Positions 27,001 to 42,000 are shown, counted from the first letter of the stretch. The stretch is 64,000 bases of DNA from Nemertoderma westbladi (GCA_032718475.1 JAUCBJ010006518.1:10339-74338); one strand, 5' to 3'. Made by a program: numbers and translations. The notes: generated by a model from the sequence alone, not told the origin.

Positions 27001-30000
27001 AGGCGTTAATACAGGTAGGGAGCAAGGGAAAGAAATACAGGCGTTAATACAGGTAGGGAGCAAGGGAAAGAAAAAATACAGGCGTTAATACAGGTAGGGA
27101 GCAAGGGAAAGAAATACAGGCGTTAATACAGGTAGGGAGCAAGGGAAAGAAATACAGGCGTTAATACAGGTAGGGAGCAAGGGAAAGAAATACAGGCGTT
27201 AATACAGGTAGGGAGCAAGGGAAAGAAATACAGGCGTTAATACAGGTAGGGAGCAAGGGAAAGAAATACAGGCGTTAATACAGGTAGGGAGCAAGGGAAA
27301 GAAATACAGGCGTTAATACAGGTAGGGAGCAAGGGAAAGAAATACAGGCGTTAATACAGGTAGGGAGCAAGGGAAAGAAATACAGGCGTTAATACAGGTA
27401 GGGAGCAAGGGAAAGAAATACAGGCGTTAATACAGGTAGGGAGCAAGGGAAAGAAATACAGGCGTTAATACAGGTAGGGAGCAAGGGAAAGAAATACAGG
27501 CGTTAATACAGGTAGGGAGCAAGGGAAAGAAATACAGGCGTTAATACAGGTAGGGAGCAAGGGAAAGAAATACAGGCGTTAATACAGGTAGGGAGCAAGG
27601 GAAAGAAATACAGGCGTTAATACAGGTAGGGAGCAAGGGAAAGAAATACAGGCGTTAATACAGGTAGGGAGCAAGGGAAAGAAATACAGGCGTTAATACA
27701 GGTAGGGAGCAAGGGAAAGAAATACAGGCGTTAATACAGGTAGGGAGCAAGGGAAAGAAATACAGGCGTTAATACAGGTAGGGAGCAAGGGAAAGAAATA
27801 CAGGCGTTAATACAGGTAGGGAGCAAGGGAAAGAAATACAGGCGTTAATACAGGTAGGGAGCAAGGGAAAGAAATACAGGCGTTAATACAGGTAGGGAGC
27901 AAGGGAAAGAAATACAGGCGTTAATACAGGTAGGGAGCAAGGGAAAGAAATACAGGCGTTAATACAGGTAGGGAGCAAGGGAAAGAAATACAGGCGTTAA
28001 TACAGGTAGGGAGCAAGGGAAAGAAATACAGGCGTTAATACAGGTAGGGAGCAAGGGAAAGAAATACAGGCGTTAATACAGGTAGGGAGCAAGGGAAAGA
28101 AATACAGGCGTTAATACAGGTAGGGAGCAAGGGAAAGAAATACAGGCGTTAATACAGGTAGGGAGCAAGGGAAAGAAATACAGGCGTTAATACAGGTAGG
28201 GAGCAAGGGAAAGAAATACAGGCGTTAATACAGGTAGGGAGCAAGGGAAAGAAAATACAGGCGTTAATACAGGTAGGGAGCAAGGGAAAGAAATACAGGC
28301 GTTAATACAGGTAGGGAGCAAGGGAAAGAAATACAGGCGTTAATACAGGTAGGGAGCAAGGGAAAGAAATACAGGCGTTAATACAGGTAGGGAGCAAGGG
28401 AAAGAAATACAGGCGTTAATACAGGTAGGGAGCAAGGGAAAGAAAATACAGGCGTTAATACAGGTAGGGAGCAAGGGAAAGAAATACAGGCGTTAATACA
28501 GGTAGGGAGCAAGGGAAAGAAATACAGGCGTTAATACAGGTAGGGAGCAAGGGAAAGAAATACAGGCGTTAATACAGGTAGGGAGCAAGGGAAAGAAATA
28601 CAGGCGTTAATACAGGTAGGGAGCAAGGGAAAGAAAAATACAGGCGTTAATACAGGTAGGGAGCAAGGGAAAGAAATACAGGCGTTAATACAGGTAGGGA
28701 GCAAGGGAAAGAAATACAGGCGTTAATACAGGTAGGGAGCAAGGGAAAGAAATACAGGCGTTAATACAGGTAGGGAGCAAGGGAAAGAAATACAGGCGTT
28801 AATACAGGTAGGGAGCAAGGGAAAGAAATACAGGCGTTAATACAGGTAGGGAGCAAGGGAAAGAAATACAGGCGTTAATACAGGTAGGGAGCAAGGGAAA
28901 GAAATACAGGCGTTAATACAGGTAGGGAGCAAGGGAAAGAAATACAGGCGTTAATACAGGTAGGGAGCAAGGGAAAGAAATACAGGCGTTAATACAGGTA
29001 GGGAGCAAGGGAAAGAAATACAGGCGTTAATACAGGTAGGGAGCAAGGGAAAGAAATACAGGCGTTAATACAGGTAGGGAGCAAGGGAAAGAAATACAGG
29101 CGTTAATACAGGTAGGGAGCAAGGGAAAGAAATACAGGCGTTAATACAGGTAGGGAGCAAGGGAAAGAAATACAGGCGTTAATACAGGTAGGGAGCAAGG
29201 GAAAGAAATACAGGCGTTAATACAGGTAGGGAGCAAGGGAAAGAAATACAGGCGTTAATACAGGTAGGGAGCAAGGGAAAGAAATACAGGCGTTAATACA
29301 GGTAGGGAGCAAGGGAAAGAAATACAGGCGTTAATACAGGTAGGGAGCAAGGGAAAGAAATACAGGCGTTAATACAGGTAGGGAGCAAGGGAAAGAAATA
29401 CAGGCGTTAATACAGGTAGGGAGCAAGGGAAAGAAATACAGGCGTTAATACAGGTAGGGAGCAAGGGAAAGAAATACAGGCGTTAATACAGGTAGGGAGC
29501 AAGGGAAAGAAATACAGGCGTTAATACAGGTAGGGAGCAAGGGAAAGAAATACAGGCGTTAATACAGGTAGGGAGCAAGGGAAAGAAATACAGGCGTTAA
29601 TACAGGTAGGGAGCAAGGGAAAGAAATACAGGCGTTAATACAGGTAGGGAGCAAGGGAAAGAAATACAGGCGTTAATACAGGTAGGGAGCAAGGGAAAGA
29701 AATACAGGCGTTAATACAGGTAGGGAGCAAGGGAAAGAAAAAATACAGGCGTTAATACAGGTAGGGAGCAAGGGAAAGAAATACAGGCGTTAATACAGGT
29801 AGGGAGCAAGGGAAAGAAAAAATACAGGCGTTAATACAGGTAGGGAGCAAGGGAAAGAAATACAGGCGTTAATACAGGTAGGGAGCAAGGGAAAGAAATA
29901 CAGGCGTTAATACAGGTAGGGAGCAAGGGAAAGAAATACAGGCGTTAATACAGGTAGGGAGCAAGGGAAAGAAAAAATACAGGCGTTAATACAGGTAGGG

Positions 30001-33000
30001 AGCAAGGGAAAGAAATACAGGCGTTAATACAGGTAGGGAGCAAGGGAAAGAAATACAGGCGTTAATACAGGTAGGGAGCAAGGGAAAGAAATACAGGCGT
30101 TAATACAGGTAGGGAGCAAGGGAAAGAAAATACAGGCGTTAATACAGGTAGGGAGCAAGGGAAAGAAATACAGGCGTTAATACAGGTAGGGAGCAAGGGA
30201 AAGAAATACAGGCGTTAATACAGGTAGGGAGCAAGGGAAAGAAATACAGGCGTTAATACAGGTAGGGAGCAAGGGAAAGAAATACAGGCGTTAATACAGG
30301 TAGGGAGCAAGGGAAAGAAATACAGGCGTTAATACAGGTAGGGAGCAAGGGAAAGAAATACAGGCGTTAATACAGGTAGGGAGCAAGGGAAAGAAATACA
30401 GGCGTTAATACAGGTAGGGAGCAAGGGAAAGAAATACAGGCGTTAATACAGGTAGGGAGCAAGGGAAAGAAATACAGGCGTTAATACAGGTAGGGAGCAA
30501 GGGAAAGAAATACAGGCGTTAATACAGGTAGGGAGCAAGGGAAAGAAATACAGGCGTTAATACAGGTAGGGAGCAAGGGAAAGAAATACAGGCGTTAATA
30601 CAGGTAGGGAGCAAGGGAAAGAAATACAGGCGTTAATACAGGTAGGGAGCAAGGGAAAGAAAAATACAGGCGTTAATACAGGTAGGGAGCAAGGGAAAGA
30701 AATACAGGCGTTAATACAGGTAGGGAGCAAGGGAAAGAAATACAGGCGTTAATACAGGTAGGGAGCAAGGGAAAGAAATACAGGCGTTAATACAGGTAGG
30801 GAGCAAGGGAAAGAAATACAGGCGTTAATACAGGTAGGGAGCAAGGGAAAGAAATACAGGCGTTAATACAGGTAGGGAGCAAGGGAAAGAAATACAGGCG
30901 TTAATACAGGTAGGGAGCAAGGGAAAGAAATACAGGCGTTAATACAGGTAGGGAGCAAGGGAAAGAAATACAGGCGTTAATACAGGTAGGGAGCAAGGGA
31001 AAGAAAAATACAGGCGTTAATACAGGTAGGGAGCAAGGGAAAGAAATACAGGCGTTAATACAGGTAGGGAGCAAGGGAAAGAAATACAGGCGTTAATACA
31101 GGTAGGGAGCAAGGGAAAGAAATACAGGCGTTAATACAGGTAGGGAGCAAGGGAAAGAAATACAGGCGTTAATACAGGTAGGGAGCAAGGGAAAGAAATA
31201 CAGGCGTTAATACAGGTAGGGAGCAAGGGAAAGAAATACAGGCGTTAATACAGGTAGGGAGCAAGGGAAAGAAATACAGGCGTTAATACAGGTAGGGAGC
31301 AAGGGAAAGAAAATACAGGCGTTAATACAGGTAGGGAGCAAGGGAAAGAAATACAGGCGTTAATACAGGTAGGGAGCAAGGGAAAGAAATACAGGCGTTA
31401 ATACAGGTAGGGAGCAAGGGAAAGAAATACAGGCGTTAATACAGGTAGGGAGCAAGGGAAAGAAATACAGGCGTTAATACAGGTAGGGAGCAAGGGAAAG
31501 AAATACAGGCGTTAATACAGGTAGGGAGCAAGGGAAAGAAATACAGGCGTTAATACAGGTAGGGAGCAAGGGAAAGAAATACAGGCGTTAATACAGGTAG
31601 GGAGCAAGGGAAAGAAATACAGGCGTTAATACAGGTAGGGAGCAAGGGAAAGAAATACAGGCGTTAATACAGGTAGGGAGCAAGGGAAAGAAATACAGGC
31701 GTTAATACAGGTAGGGAGCAAGGGAAAGAAATACAGGCGTTAATACAGGTAGGGAGCAAGGGAAAGAAATACAGGCGTTAATACAGGTAGGGAGCAAGGG
31801 AAAGAAATACAGGCGTTAATACAGGTAGGGAGCAAGGGAAAGAAATACAGGCGTTAATACAGGTAGGGAGCAAGGGAAAGAAATACAGGCGTTAATACAG
31901 GTAGGGAGCAAGGGAAAGAAATACAGGCGTTAATACAGGTAGGGAGCAAGGGAAAGAAATACAGGCGTTAATACAGGTAGGGAGCAAGGGAAAGAAAAAA
32001 TACAGGCGTTAATACAGGTAGGGAGCAAGGGAAAGAAATACAGGCGTTAATACAGGTAGGGAGCAAGGGAAAGAAAAAGTACAGGCGTTAATACAGGTAG
32101 GGAGCAAGGGAAAGAAAAAATACAGGCGTTAATACAGGTAGGGAGCAAGGGAAAGAAATACAGGCGTTAATACAGGTAGGGAGCAAGGGAAAGAAATACA
32201 GGCGTTAATACAGGTAGGGAGCAAGGGAAAGAAAAAAGTACAGGCGTTAATACAGGTAGGGAGCAAGGGAAAGAAAAAAGTACAGGCGTTAATACAGGTA
32301 GGGAGCAAGGGAAAGAAAAAAGTACAGGCGTTAATACAGGTAGGGAGCAAGGGAAAGAAAAAAGTACAGGCGTTAATACAGGTAGGGAGCAAGGGAAAGA
32401 AAAAGTACAGGCGTTAATACAGGTAGGGAGCAAGGGAAAGAAATACAGGCGTTAATACAGGTAGGGAGCAAGGGAAAGAAATACAGGCGTTAATACAGGT
32501 AGGGAGCAAGGGAAAGAAATACAGGCGTTAATACAGGTAGGGAGCAAGGGAAAGAAATACAGGCGTTAATACAGGTAGGGAGCAAGGGAAAGAAATACAG
32601 GCGTTAATACAGGTAGGGAGCAAGGGAAAGAAATACAGGCGTTAATACAGGTAGGGAGCAAGGGAAAGAAATACAGGCGTTAATACAGGTAGGGAGCAAG
32701 GGAAAGAAAAAAGTACAGGCGTTAATACAGGTAGGGAGCAAGGGAAAGAAATACAGGCGTTAATACAGGTAGGGAGCAAGGGAAAGAAATACAGGCGTTA
32801 ATACAGGTAGGGAGCAAGGGAAAGAAATACAGGCGTTAATACAGGTAGGGAGCAAGGGAAAGAAAAGTACAGGCGTTAATACAGGTAGGGAGCAAGGGAA
32901 AGAAAAAAGTACAGGCGTTAATACAGGTAGGGAGCAAGGGAAAGAAAATACAGGCGTTAATACAGGTAGGGAGCAAGGGAAAGAAAATACAGGCGTTAAT

Positions 33001-36000
33001 ACAGGTAGGGAGCAAGGGAAAGAAAAAATACAGGCGTTAATACAGGTAGGGAGCAAGGGAAAGAAATACAGGCGTTAATACAGGTAGGGAGCAAGGGAAA
33101 GAAATACAGGCGTTAATACAGGTAGGGAGCAAGGGAAAGAAATACAGGCGTTAATACAGGTAGGGAGCAAGGGAAAGAAATACAGGCGTTAATACAGGTA
33201 GGGAGCAAGGGAAAGAAATACAGGCGTTAATACAGGTAGGGAGCAAGGGAAAGAAAATACAGGCGTTAATACAGGTAGGGAGCAAGGGAAAGAAATACAG
33301 GCGTTAATACAGGTAGGGAGCAAGGGAAAGAAATACAGGCGTTAATACAGGTAGGGAGCAAGGGAAAGAAAAATACAGGCGTTAATACAGGTAGGGAGCA
33401 AGGGAAAGAAAGTACAGGCGTTAATACAGGTAGGGAGCAAGGGAAAGAAATACAGGCGTTAATACAGGTAGGGAGCAAGGGAAAGAAAATACAGGCGTTA
33501 ATACAGGTAGGGAGCAAGGGAAAGAAAAAAGTACAGGCGTTAATACAGGTAGGGAGCAAGGGAAAGAAATACAGGCGTTAATACAGGTAGGGAGCAAGGG
33601 AAAGAAATACAGGCGTTAATACAGGTAGGGAGCAAGGGAAAGAAATACAGGCGTTAATATAGGTAGGGAGCAAGGGAAAGAAATACAGGCGTTAATACAG
33701 GTAGGGAGCAAGGGAAAGAAATACAGGCGTTAATACAGGTTGGGAGCAAGGGAAAGAAATACAGGCGTTAATACAGGTAGGGAGCAAGGGAAAGAAATAC
33801 AGGCGTTAATACAGGTAGGGAGCAAGGGAAAGAAATACAGGCGTTAATACAGGTAGGGAGCAAGGGAAAGAAATACAGGCGTTAATACAGGTAGGGAGCA
33901 AGGGAAAGAAAAAGTACAGGCGTTAATACAGGTAGGGAGCAAGGGAAAGAAATACAGGCGTTAATACAGGTAGGGAGCAAGGGAAAGAAATACAGGCGTT
34001 AATACAGGTAGGGAGCAAGGGAAAGAAATACAGGCGTTAATACAGGTAGGGAGCAAGGGAAAGAAAGTACAGGCGTTAATACAGGTAGGGAGCAAGGGAA
34101 AGAAAAAGTACAGGCGTTAATACAGGTAGGGAGCAAGGGAAAGAAAAAAGTACAGGCGTTAATACAGGTAGGGAGCAAGGGAAAGAAATACAGGCGTTAA
34201 TACAGGTAGGGAGCAAGGGAAAGAAATACAGGCGTTAATACAGGTAGGGAGCAAGGGAAAGAAATACAGGCGTTAATATAGGTAGGGAGCAAGGGAAAGA
34301 AATACAGGCGTTAATACAGGTAGGGAGCAAGGGAAAGAAATACAGGCGTTAATACAGGTTGGGAGCAAGGGAAAGAAAAAATACAGGCGTTAATACAGGT
34401 AGGGAGCAAAGGAAAGAAATACAGGCGTTAATACAGGTAGGGAGCAAGGGAAAGAAATACAGGCGTTAATACAGGTAGGGAGCAAGGGAAAGAAATACAG
34501 GCGTTAATACAGGTAGGGAGCAAGGGAAAGAAAAAATACAGGCGTTAATACAGGTAGGGAGCAAAGGAAAGAAATACAGGCGTTAATACAGGTAGGGAGC
34601 AAGGGAAAGAAATACAGGCGTTAATACAGGTAGGGAGCAAGGGAAAGAAATACAGGCGTTAATATAGGTAGGGAGCAAGAGAAAGAAATACAGGCGTTAA
34701 TACAGGTAGGGAGCAAAGGTACAGGTAGGGAGCAAAGGAAAGAAATACAGGCGTTAATACAGGTAGGGAGCAAGAGAAAGAAATACAGGCGTTAATACAG
34801 GTAGGGAGCAAGGGAAAGAAATACAGGCGTTAATACAGGTAGGGAGCAAGGGAAAGAAAAAATACAGGCGTTAATACAGGTAGGGAGCAAAGGAAAGAAA
34901 TACAGGCGTTAATACAGGTAGGGAGCAAGGGAAAGAAAAAATACAGGCGTTAATACAGGTAGGGAGCAAGGTAAAGAAATACAGGCGTTAATACAGGTTG
35001 GGAGCAAGGGAAAGAAATACAGGCGTTAATACAGGTAGGGAGCAAGGGAAAGAAAAAAGTACAGGCGTTAATACAGGTAGGGAGCAAAGGAAAGAAATAC
35101 AGGCGTTAATACAGGTAGGGAGCAAGGGAAAGAAATACAGGCGTTAATACAGGTAGGGAGCAAGGGAAAGAAATACAGGCGTTAATATAGGTAGGGAGCA
35201 AGGGAAAGAAATACAGGCGTTAATACAGGTAGGGAGCAAGGGAAAGAAATACAGGCGTTAATACAGGTATAGGGAGCAAAGGAAAGAAATATAGGCGTTA
35301 ATACAGGTAGGGAGTAAGGGAAAGAAATACAGGCGTTAATACAGGTAGGGAGCAAGGGAAAGAAATACAGGCGTTGATACAGATAGGGAGCAAGGGAAGG
35401 AAAGAAATACAGGCGTTAATACAGGTAGGGAGCAAGGGAAAGAAATACAGGCGTTAATACAGGTAGGGAGCAAGGGAAAGAAATACAGGCGTTAATACAG
35501 GTAGGGAGCAAGGGAAAGAAATTCAGGCGTTAATACAGGTTGGGAGCAAGGGAAAGAAATACAGGCGTTAATACAGGTAGGGAGCAAGGAAAAGAAATAC
35601 AGGCGTTAATACAGGTAGGGAGCAAGGGAAGGAAAGAAATACAAGCGTTAATACAGGTAGGGAGCAAGGGAAAGAAATACAGGCGTTAATACAGGTAGGG
35701 AGCAAGGGAAAGAAATTCAGGCGTTAATACAGGTAGGGAGCAAGGGAAAGAAATACAGGCGTTAATACAGGTAGGGAGCAAGGGAAAGAAATACAGGCGT
35801 TAATACAGGTAGGGAGCAAGGGAAATAAATACAGGCGTTAATACAGGTAGGGAGCAAGGGAAGGAAAGAAATACAAGCGTTAATACAGGTAGGGAGCAAG
35901 GGAAAGAAATACAGGCGTTAATACAGGTAGGGAGCAAGGGAAAGAAATACAGGCGTTAATACAGGTAGGGAGCAAGGGAAATAAATACAGGCGTTAATAC

Positions 36001-39000
36001 AGGTAGGGAGCAAGGGAAGGAAAGAAATACAAGCGTTAATACAGGTAGGGAGCAAGGGAAAGAAATACAGGCGTTAATACAGGTAGGGAGCAAGGGAAAG
36101 AAATTCAGGCGTTAATACAGGTAGGGAGCAAGGGAAGGAAAGAAATACAGGCGTTAATACAGGTAGGGAGCAAGGGAAAGAAATACAGGCGTTAATACAG
36201 GTAGGGAGCAAGGGAAAGAAAAAATACAGGCGTTAATACAGGTAGGGATGGAAGCAAGGGAAAGAAATACAGGCGTTAATACAGGTAGGGAGCAAGGAAA
36301 AGAAATACAGGCGTTAATACAGGTAGGGATGGAAGCAAGGGAAAGAAATACAGGCGTTAATACAGGTAAGGAGCAAGGGAAAGAAAAAAGTACAGGCGTT
36401 AATACAGGTAGGGATGGAAGCAAGGGAAAGAAATACAGGCGTTAATACAGGTAGGGAGCAAGGAAAGAAATACAGGCGTTAATACAGGTAGGGATGGAAG
36501 CAAGGGAAAGAAATACAGGCGTTAATACAGGTAGGGATGGAAGCAAGGGAAAGAAATACAGGCGTTAATACAGGTAGGGAGCAAGGGAAAGAAAAAATAC
36601 AGGCGTTAATACAGGTAGGGAGCAAGGGAAAGAAATACAGGCGTTAATACAGGTAGGGAGCAAGGAAAAGAAATACAGGCGTTAATACAGGTAGGGATGG
36701 AAGCAAGGGAAAGAAATACAGGCGTTAATACAGGTAGGGAGCAAGGGAAAGAAATACAGGCGTTAATACAGGTAGGGAGCAAGGGAAAGAAAAAATACAG
36801 GCGTTAATACAGGTAGGGATGGAAGCAAGGGAAAGAAATACAGGCGTTAATACAGGTAGGGAGCAAGGGAAAGAAATACAGGCGTTAATACAGGTAGGGA
36901 TGGAAGCAAGGGAAAGAAATACAGGCGTTAATACAGGTAGGGATGGAAGCAAGGGAAAGAAATACAGGCGTTAATACAGGTAGGGAGCAAGGGAAAGAAA
37001 AAATACAGGCGTTAATACAGGTAGGGAGCAAGGGAAAGAAAAAATACAGGCGTTAATACAGGTAGGGAGCAAGGGAAAGAAATACAGGCGTTAATACAGG
37101 TAGGGAGCAAGGGAAAGAAATACAGGCGTTAATACAGGTAGGGAGCAAGGGAAAGAAATACAGGCGTTAATACAGGTAGGGAGCAAGGGAAAGAAATACA
37201 GGCGTTAATACAGGTAGGGAGCAAGGGAAAGAAATACAGGCGTTAATACAGGTAGGGAGCAAGGGAAAGAAATACAGGCGTTAATAGAGGTAGGGAGCAA
37301 GGGAAAGAAATACAGGCGTTAATACAGGTAGGGAGCAAGGGAAAGAAAAAAGTACAGGCGTTAATACAGGTAGGGATGGAAGCAAGGGAAAGAAATACAG
37401 GCGTTAATACAGGTAGGGATGGAAGCAAGGGAAAGAAATACAGGCGTTAATACAGGTAGGGAGCAAGGGAAAGAAATACAGGCGTTAATACAGGTAGGGA
37501 GCAAGGGAAAGAAATACAAGCGTTAATACAGGTAGGGAGCAAGGGAAAGAAAAAATACAGGCGTTAATACAGGTAGGGAGCAAGGGAAAGAAATATAGGC
37601 GTTAATACAGGTAGGGAGCAAGGGAAAGAAATACAGGCGTTAATACAGGTAGGGAGCAAGGGAAAGAAATACAGGCGTTGATACAGATAGGGAGCAAGGG
37701 AAAGAAATACAAGCGTTAATACAGGTAGGGAGCAAGGGAAAGAAAAAATACAGGCGTTAATACAGGTAGGGAGCAAGGGAAAGAAAAAATACAGGCGTTA
37801 ATACAGGTAGGGATGGAAGCAAGGGAAAGAAATACAGGCGTTAATACAGGTAGGGAGCAAGGGAAAGAAATACAGGCGTTAATACAGGTAGGGAGCAAGG
37901 GAAAGAAATACAAGCGTTAATACAGGTAGGGAGCAAGGGAAAGAAAAAATACAGGCGTTAATACAGGTAGGGAGCAAGGGAAAGAAATACAGGCGTTAAT
38001 ACAGGTTGGGGAGCAAGGGAAAGAAATACAGGCGTTAATACAGGTAGGGAGCAAGGGAAAGAAATACAGGCGTTAATACAGGTAGGGAGCAAGGGAAAGA
38101 AAAAATACAGGCGTTAATACAGGTAGGGATGGAAGCAAGGGAAAGAAATACAGGCGTTAATACAGGTAGGGAGCAAGGGAAAGAAATACAGGCGTTAATA
38201 CAGGTAGGGAGCAAGGGAAAGAAATACAAGCGTTAATACAGGTAGGGAGCAAGGGAAAGAAAAAATACAGGCGTTAATACAGGTAGGGAGCAAGGGAAAG
38301 AAATACAGGCGTTAATACAGGTTGGGAGCAAGGGAAAGAAATACAGGCGTTAATACAGGTAGGGAGCAAGGGAAAGAAATACAGGCGTTAATACAGGTAG
38401 GGAGCAAGGGAAGGAAAGAAATTCAGGCGTTAATACAGGTAGGGAGCAAGGGAAAGAAATACAGGCGTTAATACAGGTAGGGAGCAAGGGGAGGAAAAAA
38501 ATTCAGGCATTAATACATGGTACTAAGAAACAATAATGGTACTAACAAACAATAATGGTACTAACAAACAATAATGGTACTAACAAACAATAATGGTACT
38601 AACAAACAATAATGGTACTAATAAACAATAATGGTACTAATAAACAATAATGGTACTAACAAACAATAATGGTACTAATAAACAATAATGGTACTAACAA
38701 ACAATAATGGTACTAACAAACAAAAATGGTACTAACAAACAATAATGGTACTAACAAACAATAATGGTACTAACAAACAATAATGGTACTAATAAACAAT
38801 AATGGTACTAATAAACAATAATGGTACTAACAAACAATAATGGTACTAACAAACAATAATGGTACTAATAAACAATAATGGTACTAATAAACAATAATGG
38901 TACTAACAAACAATAATGGTACTAACAAACAATAATGGTACTAACAAACAATAATGGTACTAACAAACAATAATGGTACTAACAAACAATAATGGTACTA

Positions 39001-42000
39001 ATAAACAATAATGGTACTAACAAACAATAATGGTACTAACAAACAATGATGGTACTATAACAAACAATAATGGTATTAACAAACAATAATGGTACTAACA
39101 AACAATAATGGTACTAACAAACAATAATGGTACTAACAAACAATAATGAAACAATAATGGTACTAAGAAACAGATGGTACTATAACAAACAATAATGGTA
39201 GTAACAAACAATAATGGTACTAACAAACAATAATGGTACTGACAGACAATAATGGTACTAACAAACAATAATGGTACTAACAAACAATAATGGTACAAAC
39301 AGACAATAATGTTACTAACAAACAATAATGGTACTAACAAACAATAATGGTACAAACAGACAATAATGGTACTAACAAACAATAATGGTATTAACAAACA
39401 ATAATGGTACAAACAGACAATAATGGTACTAACAAACAATAATGGTACTAACAAACAATAATGGTACTAATAAACAATAATGGTACTAAGTAACAATAAT
39501 GGTACTAACAAACAATAATGGTACTAACAAACAATAATGGTACTAACAAACAATAATGGTACTAACAAACAATAATGGTACTAACAAACAATGATGGTAC
39601 TAACAGACAATAATGGTACTAACAAACAATAATGGTACTAACAAACAATAATGGTACTAACAAACAATAATGGTACTAACAAACAATGATGGTACTAACA
39701 GACAATAATGGTACTAACAAACAATAATGGTACTATAACAAACAATAATGGTACTAACAAACAATAATGGTACTAACAAACAATAATGGTACTAACAAAC
39801 AATAATGGTACTATAACAAACAATAATGGTATTAACAAACAATAATGGTACTAACAAACAATAATGGTACTAACAAACAATAATGGTACTAACAAACAAT
39901 AATGGTACTAACAAACAATAATGGTACTAACAAACAATAATGGTACTATAACAAACAATAATGGTATTAACAAACAATAATGGTACTAACAAACAATGGT
40001 GGTACTAACAGACAATAATGGTACTAACAAACAATAATGGTACTAACAAACAATAATGGTACTAACAAACAATAATGGTACTAACAAACAATAATGGTAC
40101 TAACAAACAATAATGGTACTAACAAACAATAATGGTACTATAACAAACAATAATGGTATTAACAAACAATAATGGTACTAACAAACAATAATGGTAATAA
40201 CAAACAATAATGGTACTAATAAACAATAATGGTACTAACAAACAATAATGGTACTAACAAACAATGATGGTACTAACAAACAATAATGGTACTAACAAAC
40301 AATAATGGTACTAACAAACAATAATGGTACTAACAAACAATGATGGTACTATAACAAACAATAATGGTATTAACAAACAATAATGGTACTAACAAACAAT
40401 AATGGTACTAACAAACAATAATGGTACTAACAAACAATAATGGTACTAACAAACAATAATGGTACTAACAAACAATAATGGTAATAACAAACAATAATGG
40501 TACTATCAAACAATAATGGTACTAACAAACAATGATGGTACTAACAAACAATAATTGTACTAACAAACAATAATGGTACTAACAAACAATAATGGTACTA
40601 ACAAACAATGATGGTACTATAACAAACAATAATGGTATTAACAAACAATAATGGTACTAACAAACAATAATGGTACTAACAAACAATAATGGTACTAACA
40701 AACAATAATGGTACTAACAAACAATAATGGTACTAACAAACAATGATGGTACTAACAAACAATAATGGTACTAACAAACAATAATGGTAATAACAAACAA
40801 TAATGGTACTATCAAACAATAATGGTACTAACAAACAATGATGGTACTAACAAACAATAATTGTACTAACAAACAATAATGGTACTAACAAACAATAATT
40901 GTACTAACAAACAATAATGGTACTAACAAACAATAATGGTACTAACAAACAATAATGGTATTAACAAACAATAATGGTACTATCAACCAATAATTTTATT
41001 TATTTATTTTAATGCAACAACATTAGCCAATCAAGGCTTTAGCTGGATATTGACCGACAAACAACCAACAACAACCAACATTGTTCAATGAACATATAGC
41101 ATATTCTTATGCACCGGTTAAGATATTTGGCGCCTTTAAAAATGTAACAAAATCTGCGCAAATATACCACTATATAACAGCTAAAGGGAAAGCAAACTAA
41201 AGTTGCAACGTGGTAAAATAAAAATACCAAACCAACCCAGCGCTTATTATTTGTAAAGTAGCATTTGTAATAAAAATTAGTCCAACAAATTATTAGGCGT
41301 ACTACAAAAATTGAACGTAACAACGTTTTTAGAGAATATAAACTATAATTACTTTTTTATTTTATTTACTCTGATTACTTTTTACCATAGGATAAAAGTG
41401 ACCTGGATAAAAAGAAGAAGAATTACGAAGTTCAACTGCAAGATATACAGTCTCGTCTGGGCGTCTCTGAGAAGGCAAAGGCCGATCTGGAAGTCAGGGT
41501 ATCTAGGCAACAGACTGAAATCGAGGCGTCATTGGCCCAATTAGAGAAAGAAGAAAGTATGATAGCCGTCTTACAGAGAACCAATACCACGTTAGTAATT
41601 TAGTTTTGGTTAGTTAGTTAGACTGTTTGTTAGCTATAGTTAATCAGGTAGAATAATCTCCGAAATTACCCAAAACTTATAAGATTATGACTTAGTTAGT
41701 AGTCAGACATGGCTGTGATAGGCTTAGGATTACAAGATCATAATATCCTCTATACGTTCTAGTCGTACTCAAGGATTTATTAACTCGAGGATTTATTAAC
41801 TCAAGGATTTATTAACTCAAGGATTTATTAACTCAAGGATTTATTAACTCAAGGATTTATTAACTCGAGGATTTATTAACTCGAGGATTTATTAACTCGA
41901 GGATTTATTAACTCGAGGATTTATTAACTCAAGGATTTATTAACTCAAGGATTTATTAACTCAAGGATTTATTAACTCAAGGATTTATTAACTCGAGGAT

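Noticed and set aside
13547-39454. Many small minus-strand ORFs ([12 protein letters not shown]..., [12 protein letters not shown]...)
   Set aside because: Chance ORFs created by variant units of the satellites.
12326-40995. CRISPR-like appearance of short regular repeats
   Set aside because: Units are contiguous with no unique spacers, there are no cas genes, and the context is a spliceosomal intron.
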